This document shows positions 48,829-58,208 of a stretch of 64,000 bases of DNA, one piece after another. Made by a program: the position numbers and the translations under genes. The notes below the pieces were generated by a model. That model was not told the origin of the DNA. It searched no databases and was given only the letters and a program-made list of their open reading frames with translations. The number at the start of each line of letters is the position of its first letter. Position 1 is the stretch's first letter. The DNA is taken from NCBI GenBank assembly GCA_964605145.1, contig CAZSBG010000015.1:373-64372 (forward strand), written 5' to 3'. The stretch comes from an uncultured Cytophagia bacterium. GTDB lineage: Bacteria; Zhuqueibacterota; Zhuqueibacteria; Thermofontimicrobiales; Thermofontimicrobiaceae.

Positions 48829-49897
48829 TTATATAAGTAAACAAAACAACCTTCATTTGCTATCAGCATGGATCACCTTAGGCATCATGCTGATATTGTT
48901 CATCCTTGCACAGATATTTTCATTCACAAGTCTTGCAGATAAATCAAAATTGAAAAACACCAAAATGGAAGTCCGGGAACTTATTAAGCTGTCTTTTACG
49001 CCGCAAAAACTGAAAAAGCAATCCCGAACCCAAGGATTTGAAATCAAGAAGGCCTCCTACACAAAAACGCAGGGGAATAACAAGAAACACAGCGCCAGAA
49101 AATCTCAAAACAAGATGAACATTTCCTCGCTTGTTCAGGGTTTTGATTCCAAAAAACTGATTTCCAAAGAAACCAGAGCTGCACGGCGAGGCGTGGCCAG
49201 TAAATCGATCAATCACTCTGCCGGCGTTTCGACCGATGTTTCCAGGCAGAGCCGGAATCTGGAGGATTTCGATATTTTGGGGCAACTGTCCAATCACCGA
49301 ACAGCGATGGCTTCCTCCAAACGGGCTGCAAGGGGAGGCAATGGCGGACCTAAAATTTCCCTGGGAGGTAGCAGTTCCGTTGGAACAGGCACAGGATCCG
49401 GCACTGATGGAGTCGCTTTAAGCGGACGCGGCACCAGTCGAGCCACGAGAGGCAGCAGCTCCGGTGTTGGCGGTGCGAGCATTTCTCTGCCTTCCGGTTC
49501 AGGCGGCGGCAATGCGTCTCTGGACCTGCATGCGCTGATCAAATGGATGAAAGCGCATCCGGGAGCCATTCCAAAATTAGTCGCCTATGAAATGGGTCAA
49601 CAGGGCGGCGATTTATCTTCAAGCATCCCATTCATGTTGAATGGCCGAAATTTTCGATTCTTCCTTTCCTGCAATGAAACTGAATTGCTGTTAAGAATTT
49701 GTCTCGTAGAGGGCAACAATTTTACCCTGTTGAAAGATAATGGAATTCGCGAAGAGAGTAATTTTTTAACCATTGGAGATGTGGTTCGGGAAAACAGCAA
49801 AATTACATCTCTTATCAGTTCCCGCAGAGCGCCGGGAGATAAGGCTGCTGCGTTTTACCAGATATTCTGGGCCTGGTGGAAAACTCAGGAAAAATGA
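48812..49897 (+). CDS. Single-TM protein with Lys-rich and Gly/Ser-rich linker and unknown C-terminal domain (TonB/TolA-like architecture)
   Basis: N-terminal TM, long low-complexity linker and globular C-terminus, directly after two exbD genes. Confidence 0.6.
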   Translation: MKAITDYISKQNNLHLLSAWITLGIMLILFILAQIFSFTSLADKSKLKNTKMEVRELIKLSFTPQKLKKQSRTQGFEIKKASYTKTQGNNKKHSARKSQNKMNISSLVQGFDSKKLISKETRAARRGVASKSINHSAGVSTDVSRQSRNLEDFDILGQLSNHRTAMASSKRAARGGNGGPKISLGGSSSVGTGTGSGTDGVALSGRGTSRATRGSSSGVGGASISLPSGSGGGNASLDLHALIKWMKAHPGAIPKLVAYEMGQQGGDLSSSIPFMLNGRNFRFFLSCNETELLLRICLVEGNNFTLLKDNGIREESNFLTIGDVVRENSKITSLISSRRAPGDKAAAFYQIFWAWWKTQEK

Positions 49898-49982
49898 TCT
49901 TCCAAAAAACGTGTAACATAATTTAAGATCCATCTATTGAACGAATACTTTACAGGTACAAACGTGGAGGTGAATACTTGAA

Positions 49983-51455
49983 ATGGAACGAAAGATGAAA
50001 TTAATAATCCGGTTATTGGCGAGCGCCTGGCTCATCAGTGTACTCGGGTGCGCCTCATCCGGTGGCAAATACGTAAAGAAATTGAACGTCCCACCCGGTC
50101 TCGATAGCACCACGGTAGTTCGATCTTTGGAGATTGCCAACAACAGTTTTGTCTCTACGAAAAAGGAAAAAAAGGCTGAGATTCTCTCCAAAAAAGGGAA
50201 GAAAGATTTAGACCAGGTCGATGAATTTTGGGCCTACCTTGAACAGGACATGAAAAAACAGGCCAAACTCAGTTCATCTGATAAAAGACAATTTGACCGT
50301 AAAATGAACCTGGGTTCCCAGAACCTCGCGAAATGGAAAAAATTAACCAACAATGGCACCAATGAATCTCGCGCAAAAGAAGCCATGAAGTATTGTCAAC
50401 AGGCCAAACAGCATTTGGAGACGGCTGTAAAACTCAATCCCTTTGATAAAAACGCCAGGGTATTACTGGCCGTAACCTATTACAATTTGCAACACATGTT
50501 TGGTCTTGAAAAAAATTATGAAAAATCAATTGAAATACTTGAGAGACTTACACGAATAGAAAAAGGCGAGCATGAATTGTTCCGACTACTGGCTGAAAAC
50601 TATCTAGCCGTAAAAAATTATGAGCAAGCTATGCTGAACTTCCAGCAAGCGCAAAAAATCATGCTGAAAATAAGCTTTGAAGCGCCGCCGGATACTTCCA
50701 TGCTTTTCTATTATATGTATGCCCAGGGCGATGCCTATGCCCGCATGCACGATGAAGTTCGCGCTCTGAAGGCATTCCAGGTTGCAGAAACATTTGCCAG
50801 ATCACCACAGGAAAAAGCAGATCTGGATAATTATATAAAATGGATTCAATGGGATAACGGAAATATCCGTGCCTCAGAATTATATGACAAAATCCTTGCC
50901 CTGGAATTTGAAAAAAAATTTGACCCCATGGCGCAAGCGTGTGAAAAATTAATCCCCATGCTGAAAACGAAAAAAGCGAAGATGAGCGTCTACCATAAAC
51001 TTGCTGTGGTAGAATTTGAAATATTAGGAAGGAAGGCTCAGGCGGTCGAGCGAATGCGGATGGTGTACGAAACACTGGAATACGAAAATTTCGGAATGAC
51101 ACCAAAAGAAATTCAGCCATTTTACGACAGTTATGGCGCCATGCTTTATCGACTTGGCGTTGAAACCAGGGATAAACAGGAGAAAAGACTGGCGTTGGCA
51201 TATTTCAACAAGGCCGCTTCATTTAAATGGGAGCAGGTGGCAAAAGCTCATATTGAATTGGTAACGCTGTTATGGAATGATCCGGAACAGGCAATTTTTC
51301 ACGGAAAAAAGGCATTGGCAAATACCAATGGCCTGACTAACGAAGAATCGGACGAACTACTGTCGCTGATGGTGCGGGCGCACAAGAGCGCAGGGCTTTA
51401 TGATGAAGCCAGGGAATATTTCACCAAATGGAAACAATCCAGGAGCAAGTTATGA
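49983..51455 (+). CDS. TPR-repeat lipoprotein
   Basis: Lipobox VLG-C; helical TPR-like repeats (AVKLNPFD, LAENYLAVKNYEQA, AQGDAYARM). Confidence 0.8.
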   Translation: MERKMKLIIRLLASAWLISVLGCASSGGKYVKKLNVPPGLDSTTVVRSLEIANNSFVSTKKEKKAEILSKKGKKDLDQVDEFWAYLEQDMKKQAKLSSSDKRQFDRKMNLGSQNLAKWKKLTNNGTNESRAKEAMKYCQQAKQHLETAVKLNPFDKNARVLLAVTYYNLQHMFGLEKNYEKSIEILERLTRIEKGEHELFRLLAENYLAVKNYEQAMLNFQQAQKIMLKISFEAPPDTSMLFYYMYAQGDAYARMHDEVRALKAFQVAETFARSPQEKADLDNYIKWIQWDNGNIRASELYDKILALEFEKKFDPMAQACEKLIPMLKTKKAKMSVYHKLAVVEFEILGRKAQAVERMRMVYETLEYENFGMTPKEIQPFYDSYGAMLYRLGVETRDKQEKRLALAYFNKAASFKWEQVAKAHIELVTLLWNDPEQAIFHGKKALANTNGLTNEESDELLSLMVRAHKSAGLYDEAREYFTKWKQSRSKL

Positions 51456-52102
51456 GAAGGAAAAAATTGCGTATAGCAAAGGTCATTTTTATAATATCTT
51501 TTATTCTAACATGGTTGATAAATTCGAACGTATTTAGTCAATCCAATAGCATACACCTCGATCAGGAAATCGTTCAGACCACGACGGTCACCAATAAAAA
51601 ATTGATCAATTTTTTCACTGAAGATTTTATGATCCCGGAAGAAAAAATCGAAAAAATGGTTATTTACGATTTATCCGGGGATGGTTTTGGGGAACGGGAT
51701 ATCGCCAGAACCTATCCCGGCGGGAAGTTCTATCTTCTCACCCCAAGCAGCAAGGCTCAGAAGATAATGAACTTGTGGAGCTTTGGGGGCAATATTAAAT
51801 TTACTGCAAACTCCAATGATTCTCCGGAACGATTCGAGCATGCACCGGATTCTGTTCGCGCCATGGGAGCTATTTTTGCTTCTGTACTTCGGGGATTGAG
51901 AAGAAATTATAAAGGCATTCCGATCAAGCTTCATCTGGAACAAACGAATGATGTCACTTCGGTTGAAATGTGGGGCTATAAAAAAGGTTTGATGGATTAC
52001 AATCCGTTACCAGTGAATAAAGTCCCGGAAGAAGTGCCGGTCTTGAAGTTAATATATTTGGAAAAAACAGTTGTGGACAGTGTGTTTGTTAACGCGAATT
52101 AA
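51452..52102 (+). CDS. Exported hypothetical protein
   Basis: ATGA overlap with the TPR gene, AGGAG RBS and a signal peptide-like N-terminus. Confidence 0.65.
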   Translation: MRRKKLRIAKVIFIISFILTWLINSNVFSQSNSIHLDQEIVQTTTVTNKKLINFFTEDFMIPEEKIEKMVIYDLSGDGFGERDIARTYPGGKFYLLTPSSKAQKIMNLWSFGGNIKFTANSNDSPERFEHAPDSVRAMGAIFASVLRGLRRNYKGIPIKLHLEQTNDVTSVEMWGYKKGLMDYNPLPVNKVPEEVPVLKLIYLEKTVVDSVFVNAN

Positions 52103-52147
52103 TTTTAAACTGAAAATCCTCCGTTTCTATTTTCTAACTTTTTCACA

Positions 52148-53002
52148 TCAGGAATCCCCTCTTTTGAGGGGATTCCATTTTATTCCGAGAACGTTTCTTG
52201 CGTAAAGCACGCTTTCCCGAACAATGTTATCCTCCTTTTGCAATGCCGACCTTTTATCAGGCTCTGCCTCTACCGGCAGTTCCAGAATAATTTTTTCGAG
52301 CTCCGCCTTTTCTGTCAAAATAGCCAGCGCGCGAAACAAATCGATATTTCCCTGTCCCAATGCAACGCCGGTGACTTTGAATCCGTAATTTTGCAGTTGA
52401 ATGGAATAATCCTTGAAATGGGTTGTAAAGGCAAACGGCGCCATTTTTTCAGCTGCGACGAGAGGATCTTCAAGCGTCATCATTGCATTGCCCAAATCGA
52501 GGCAAATACCAATATTCGGGCTATTCACAGATTCAACAATTCGAATTAACTCTTCTGTTGAAACATCGCCATGATTTTCGATGGCTACTTTTATGCCGGC
52601 ATTTTCCACTTCCGATTTAATCTCCTGCAAATATTTGATCGCCTTTTGAACCTCGGCTTCCACATCAGTTTTTTTATTGAACCGGTCAAAGCCAATAAAA
52701 GTACGGAGTATTTGACTTTCAAGGGCTGAGCAAATTTCCATCTCGTTTTTCAAATATTCTGTTTCAACACCCATGGCGCCGTATTCCAGAAAAATATTCT
52801 TTTCTTTCACAGAAGCGACAATTTCCTCCAAATACTGTCTGTCACGACTCTCCAAATGCTGGGGATCAATTTGAAATCCATCCAGGCCAAGTTCTTCGAC
52901 GCGTTCGATAAAATCGAACAGGGTCATTTTTTGCTTCGGCGCAAAATCCGGATGTGCGCCAAAAGCAAGGTGATAACTATAACTGTCTAAACCTAATTTC
53001 AT
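52148..53002 (-). CDS. Sugar phosphate isomerase/epimerase (xylose isomerase-like TIM barrel)
   Basis: AIENHGD, CLDLGN, THFKD, LGQGNID and LE metal ligands. Confidence 0.85.
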   Translation of the reverse strand: MKLGLDSYSYHLAFGAHPDFAPKQKMTLFDFIERVEELGLDGFQIDPQHLESRDRQYLEEIVASVKEKNIFLEYGAMGVETEYLKNEMEICSALESQILRTFIGFDRFNKKTDVEAEVQKAIKYLQEIKSEVENAGIKVAIENHGDVSTEELIRIVESVNSPNIGICLDLGNAMMTLEDPLVAAEKMAPFAFTTHFKDYSIQLQNYGFKVTGVALGQGNIDLFRALAILTEKAELEKIILELPVEAEPDKRSALQKEDNIVRESVLYARNVLGIKWNPLKRGDS

Positions 53003-53009
53003 CCTGTCC

Positions 53010-53948
53010 TCATGGAATCATAATAATTTTGATGGCCTCACCTCTTCCAATCATTTCAACCGCATCAAGGTAGTGCTCAAAATCCGTTTTTTGGGTGATC
53101 ATTTTTTCAGTATTAATTTTACCGGCAGATATCATATCAACGATCGCTTGTAAATCCTCATTTATCAACCATTTTGAATTATGGATTGTCAATTCGTGGT
53201 CAAACATGGGGTAAAGCGGTAATTCAATATTTCCCTCTGAATACGCGAAAACAACGATTGACTCACGCGCCATGTAAACTGCGTTTTGATACGCGGTTTT
53301 GTTGCCGGTGCATTCGATGACAACATCGAACCCAGTCTGTTTCAAATCATTGATTAGAGCTTCGTCCCGGGTGTCAACTGCATCGTCCACACCCAGCTCC
53401 AATGCCAATTCCAGTCTATCTCCCCGAATATCGAGCGCAGTGACATGAGCAGCGCCGTAGACTTTCACAATTTGAAGAGCTGCCAAACCGCCGGATCCGC
53501 AGCCGGATACAGCGACTTTTTTCCCGTTGTAATCACCAACTTTTCTCACCGCCCGGTGGACGCAGCCAAACAATTCAGACATGGCCAGTTGTTCCAGCGG
53601 GATATTTTTTGGAGCTCGCGCCAACAAACCCTTCTCTCGGGTGACAAACTGAGAATACAAGGGAGGACCGCCCAAACCGGATAAAACAACGTGATCGCCA
53701 ATTTCGAAATCGTGCACTTTTTCACCAATATCAACAACCACGCCGGCTCCCTCATGGCCGGGAAAACCGGGAATTCCATACTCCACATATTCCAAATCAT
53801 GATACAACCCCTTATTCACTTTCCAGTCGTGCTGATTGCACAGGGAAACCACTTTCATTTCAATTAACAACTCGTCATCGAGTGGAGTCGGTTTTTCTAT
53901 TTCTACTATTTCAAAATTACCGGGTTTGTTTATTAGAATTGATTTCAT
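53010..53948 (-). CDS. Zinc-binding medium-chain dehydrogenase
   Basis: SLC..D, GHEGAG and GCGSGG Rossmann motif; lacks the 4-Cys structural Zn lobe. Confidence 0.85.
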   Translation of the reverse strand: MKSILINKPGNFEIVEIEKPTPLDDELLIEMKVVSLCNQHDWKVNKGLYHDLEYVEYGIPGFPGHEGAGVVVDIGEKVHDFEIGDHVVLSGLGGPPLYSQFVTREKGLLARAPKNIPLEQLAMSELFGCVHRAVRKVGDYNGKKVAVSGCGSGGLAALQIVKVYGAAHVTALDIRGDRLELALELGVDDAVDTRDEALINDLKQTGFDVVIECTGNKTAYQNAVYMARESIVVFAYSEGNIELPLYPMFDHELTIHNSKWLINEDLQAIVDMISAGKINTEKMITQKTDFEHYLDAVEMIGRGEAIKIIMIP

Positions 53949-54352
53949 TTTTCGCTTTCTAATTTTGAAAAAATAAATCCCCAAATTTTTTCATTTACCT
54001 TCTTCACATTTCCATAATCATTTAACACTTCATCTTTTTCAAAGGTCACAAAATCATCGTAATCGCCTTTTTGCCTCCGCTCAAATGCGATAGCATATAT
54101 CTTTGCAAATTCGATTGGAAAAATTTTCGGCCTGATGAATTCCCTGTTGAACCACCCCTGCAATTGCTTGTGCTTGCTCGTTGAGAAATCCATCAACAGC
54201 CCCAATTCACTTACAGAATAAAAAAGAGAATAATAAATTCTATTCTCTGCTAAATGCAACAAATTATTTTCAAGGCATGTGTCAATTTCGGTATAACATA
54301 GCCTCGCTTTTTCAATTCGATATTCAATAAGTTCTCTTTTGTTATACGCCAT
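53945..54352 (-). CDS. HEPN-domain protein (UPF0332-like)
   Basis: NRIYYSLFY, SKHK and RRQKGDY; paired with an MNT gene. Confidence 0.85.
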   Translation of the reverse strand: MAYNKRELIEYRIEKARLCYTEIDTCLENNLLHLAENRIYYSLFYSVSELGLLMDFSTSKHKQLQGWFNREFIRPKIFPIEFAKIYAIAFERRQKGDYDDFVTFEKDEVLNDYGNVKKVNEKIWGFIFSKLESEK

Positions 54353-54665
54353 AAAATACTCCCGTTTTTATGACATTCTCTCTGTAAGGAGTACTTTCCT
54401 TATTTAGTTCAGAAAACTCATAAACTTTCACATCTGTGTAAATTTCGTTTTCCAGTTCAAATAAAGCGATCTCGCTCCACACTTCATTTTCTAATCTCCA
54501 GTCAACTTTATCGTTGAAGGTGACAACGATATCAAAGTCCGAATCTTCTCGTTTGTTTGAGCCTACCCTCGATCCATAAAAATAAAGTCCGGCATATTTG
54601 GAAAATTTATGCTTCAATAGGTCATGAATTTTTTGAACAACCTTTTGGTCGTCTTGACTAATCAT
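54342..54665 (-). CDS. Minimal nucleotidyltransferase (MNT)
   Basis: YGSRV...DSDFDIVV. Confidence 0.85.
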   Translation of the reverse strand: MISQDDQKVVQKIHDLLKHKFSKYAGLYFYGSRVGSNKREDSDFDIVVTFNDKVDWRLENEVWSEIALFELENEIYTDVKVYEFSELNKESTPYRENVIKTGVFYGV

Positions 54666-54776
54666 CAGTTCGCCCTAATTTATTCAGGTTCTATTATGAT
54701 GATAAATTTAATAAATATTTATTTTGTACACAAGCAGTTTTTACATGTTAGATTAGATTTTAATTGAGTAAGCTTT

Positions 54777-57700
54777 TCACCTCAAAAATCCCTTACTATC
54801 CAAATATGCCTCACAGCGTGTAATAATCCCGGCATCGTTTCCATGTTCATCAAATTGAATCGTAAGATATGGTTTTCCGGCAACCTCACGCACATAGTGT
54901 TTTATGTATGAATCAGGCCCACATTTGAAGTTTGTAATATAGATTAAATGGAAATTTTTATATTGACTTGTCCAACGCGCAGCCTGTAAAATTTTTCGAC
55001 CGTAATTCCAGTACATATTTGCATTGATATCTGAAATATCGATAGACTCAATATCGAGGAAATCCATTGGAACGATATTGATGCCATAAAATTTGCGTAA
55101 CTTTGCCGGCACATTCAAATTCACCATTTTATCATACATGTTGTAACTGCGCCCCAGAAAGACAATCGCCTGTTCGTTTGAATTCAAAATTGTCTGGACA
55201 GCTTCATGCCCCTCCTGATTAAGTTCTTTTTGAAATTTGTTCCAGGCGTTGTAAGCAGCATCCACAGCCCGATCACTTTCCTTGCCGCGAACTCCCAGGG
55301 TTTCGGCCATCTTTCGGAACTGTTTTTTTACCTGGTCTTTCCCGAGGCGATAACGGAGTGTCGGTGATAAAATTTTGTCCGCATGGGGCATAAACGCCGG
55401 TGTCGCGCGAAGCACATAACAGAGCGTCTGCCCCCAGGGACAAAAATATGAATTGGTTTCTTCGAACTTCGTCTCAGCATCCACTACATTTGGGACGAAT
55501 AGATAATCACAGCCTTTTTCGATTAAATTCAACGCATGACCATGCGCTACTGTAATTGGAAAGCATGGCTCTGCAACGCGGCTTTCTACGCCAGCGTTGA
55601 TAATTTTCCTGTTCGTTTCATCCGAAATGATTACCGGGAAACCCAATTCCCTGAAATAGTTGAACCAGAGTGGAAACTGATCATAATAATATATACTCCG
55701 TGGAATGCCAATGGTCTGCTCCCGGCTGCCCTCAGTTCGAAAATTTTCTAATAGCAGCGCATCTCTTTTTTCGAAAAGATCAGGGATAATCGGTTCGCGC
55801 TCCAGTTTAATTTCCCTGCGATACCGCTCAGCACACTTGTCACCCCAGTAGGTCTTTTTGCCCTCGACGGTAAATTCCTGGATATCACAAAAATTTGTGC
55901 AACCTTTACAGGTGAACGAGCGAAGTTGATATGTGATATTTTCGAGATCGAATCCCCTGAACGATGTTTTACTTCCTGTCCGCGTCACCTTTTCCTGCGC
56001 AAGGAGCGCCGCGCCAATAGCCCCGAGAATTCCATTATATGGCGGCACAATCACCTTTTTTTTCAAGACCGTGGCAAATGCCGCTGCCACAGCATCGTTG
56101 TACGCAGTTCCACCCTGGAAATAAATGACATCTCCAATTTTTCTCCCGCCAACCACGCGGTTGAGGTAATTTGTAACAATGGAGTACGCCAACCCGGCCA
56201 CGATATCTTTCTTTTCAGCGCCACGTTGCAAATAGGGATTAATTTCTTTCTCCATAAAAACCGTGCATCGCTCGCCCAGGCGAATGGGGTGCTTCGACTT
56301 AAACGCCAGATCTGCAAATTCTTCCTTTATCCGAATTCCAAGTTTTTCTGCCTGTTCCTCCAGAAACGAACCGGTGCCGGCAGCGCACGCTTCGTTCATC
56401 GTAAAATCAACAACAATGCCGTCTTCAATGGAAATATATTTGGAATCCTGTCCCCCGATATCGAAAATTGTATCGACCACTGCTTTGGTGTGCGTGTGAC
56501 TGATGTGCATGGCGCCGGTTTTATGAGCGGTAATTTCATCCTTAATCGTGTCGGCATTTATCAGTTCGCCAATCAATTCCCGCCCGGACCCGGTGGTGCC
56601 CACACCTCGAATATCGATGATTTCAGCCAATTCATTTTCAATTTCAGCCAGACCCTTTTTAACAACCTCTATGGGCCTTGCCTGGGTTTTTGTATAAATG
56701 CCTTTCAATAGCCGTCCCCGTTCGTCAATCACTGCCAATTTTGTCGTCACAGAACCAATGTCGATTCCAATAAATACCGGTATTTTTTTGAGATTTTTCT
56801 GTATTTCAAATGGAATTTCCAGATGGCGCATCAGTGTTAATTTTTCTTTTCGGATTGATTCCAGTACATCGAATTGTTTTGATTGCGTTCCAATTTGAGC
56901 CAACTTCTGCTTCAGATGATGCACCGGCATGACATCAGTTCGTTCACTAACGAGCAATGCCGCGCCTAACGACTCCATCCATGCATGATTTGCCGGGACG
57001 AAAAGAGAATCGTTGTTCAGGCCGAAAACTTCTTTCACGGCCTCGACAATGCCCTTGTTTGCCGCCACGCCGCCGATAAATACCACAGGAGGTATTACCT
57101 CTTTGCCTTTAATAATCGTCCCTTTAAAATTCCTCACCACTGCCAGACACAATCCCTTCAAAATTTCCGGCGGATGAAATCCTTTCTGCTGGGCGTGAAT
57201 CATATCGGATTTGGCAAACACAGAGCATCGACCGGCAATATTTGCCGGTTTGCCGGCGTTCAACACAATATCGCCGACATCCTCCACCGTGTAAAGCAAG
57301 CGAGACGCCTGCTGGTCAATGAATGAACCTGTGCCGGCAGCGCATTCACCATTCACTTCGTAATCCAAAATTCCGGTTAGCCCTGAATTTTCAATATCCA
57401 AAATCATATATTTTGAACTATCTCCCCCCATTTCAAGGACTGTTTTCACATCCGGATGGAGACTTCCCACGCCGCGGGCAATTGCCCTGAATTCATTTTC
57501 ATAGGGAATATTTAATACGCGGGAAATGATTTTTCCGCCAACACCTGTGGCTGCAATTTTGATGTTAGATTGGGCAGGTAAATGTTCAAGCAAGGGCTGA
57601 AGAAGCTTAAATGCAGCGCGCAGAGGTTCTCCCTGAATTCGCTGATATTTTGTACTCAAACAAGAAAATGCAGCGTTATGTGTCAACCGATGCGTAAATG

Positions 57701-57848
57701 GGGGATTGAAGTGTTCCTGATTTTTCCTGTAAATCTCATTTAATTTTGGTTCATTATTCTCATGGGTCACAATACTTAATTTGATACTCACGGAACCAAT
57801 ATCAATACCAATATAAAACGTATCACTGTTGAATTCCAATTTATTCAT
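54777..57848 (-). CDS. CoA-substrate-specific enzyme activase (two BadF/HgdC-type ASKHA modules plus DUF2229)
   Basis: GIDIGS and CAAGTGSF each occur twice, with GRCSVF/ERCTVF; EPCFPI and FKCGPDS. Confidence 0.9.
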   Translation of the reverse strand: MNKLEFNSDTFYIGIDIGSVSIKLSIVTHENNEPKLNEIYRKNQEHFNPPFTHRLTHNAAFSCLSTKYQRIQGEPLRAAFKLLQPLLEHLPAQSNIKIAATGVGGKIISRVLNIPYENEFRAIARGVGSLHPDVKTVLEMGGDSSKYMILDIENSGLTGILDYEVNGECAAGTGSFIDQQASRLLYTVEDVGDIVLNAGKPANIAGRCSVFAKSDMIHAQQKGFHPPEILKGLCLAVVRNFKGTIIKGKEVIPPVVFIGGVAANKGIVEAVKEVFGLNNDSLFVPANHAWMESLGAALLVSERTDVMPVHHLKQKLAQIGTQSKQFDVLESIRKEKLTLMRHLEIPFEIQKNLKKIPVFIGIDIGSVTTKLAVIDERGRLLKGIYTKTQARPIEVVKKGLAEIENELAEIIDIRGVGTTGSGRELIGELINADTIKDEITAHKTGAMHISHTHTKAVVDTIFDIGGQDSKYISIEDGIVVDFTMNEACAAGTGSFLEEQAEKLGIRIKEEFADLAFKSKHPIRLGERCTVFMEKEINPYLQRGAEKKDIVAGLAYSIVTNYLNRVVGGRKIGDVIYFQGGTAYNDAVAAAFATVLKKKVIVPPYNGILGAIGAALLAQEKVTRTGSKTSFRGFDLENITYQLRSFTCKGCTNFCDIQEFTVEGKKTYWGDKCAERYRREIKLEREPIIPDLFEKRDALLLENFRTEGSREQTIGIPRSIYYYDQFPLWFNYFRELGFPVIISDETNRKIINAGVESRVAEPCFPITVAHGHALNLIEKGCDYLFVPNVVDAETKFEETNSYFCPWGQTLCYVLRATPAFMPHADKILSPTLRYRLGKDQVKKQFRKMAETLGVRGKESDRAVDAAYNAWNKFQKELNQEGHEAVQTILNSNEQAIVFLGRSYNMYDKMVNLNVPAKLRKFYGINIVPMDFLDIESIDISDINANMYWNYGRKILQAARWTSQYKNFHLIYITNFKCGPDSYIKHYVREVAGKPYLTIQFDEHGNDAGIITRCEAYLDSKGFLR

Positions 57849-57935
57849 CCCTCCGATAAATAAAAAGGAAAACAGCTATGGCCGATTTCCTTTTAATTCA
57901 CTACCGGACACTTTTCAAATTATGTTCGGTAGAGC

Positions 57936-58056
57936 TGTCATTCCCGCATGTTTTTGGCGGGAATCTCCCAAAATTTTGTCAAATGGATGTCCGATAGAAG
58001 CAGAGCCTGTAATCCCTTAAAATACAATGTAAATATACAGGCATTCGGGCATAACA
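57936..58056. repeat. REP/dRS3-like palindromic intergenic element
   Basis: TGTCATTCCCGC-ATGTTTTTG-GCGGGAAT hairpin, then GGATGTCCGA...TCGGGCATAACA arms enclosing an inner GCCTGTA...TACAGGC palindrome. Confidence 0.5.
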
Positions 58057-58208
58057 ATTTGATCAAAAATGTCATTTTGGAAAAGCATCCGGTAGTGAGC
58101 CTTTTAAATAAATTTTCACTCCAAATGTAAATAATGGAAAACGAAACAAGTGTTATAAATTGAATAATTATTCATCTTCCGATTCTAAATAGCTGTTTAA
58201 CCTTTCAA

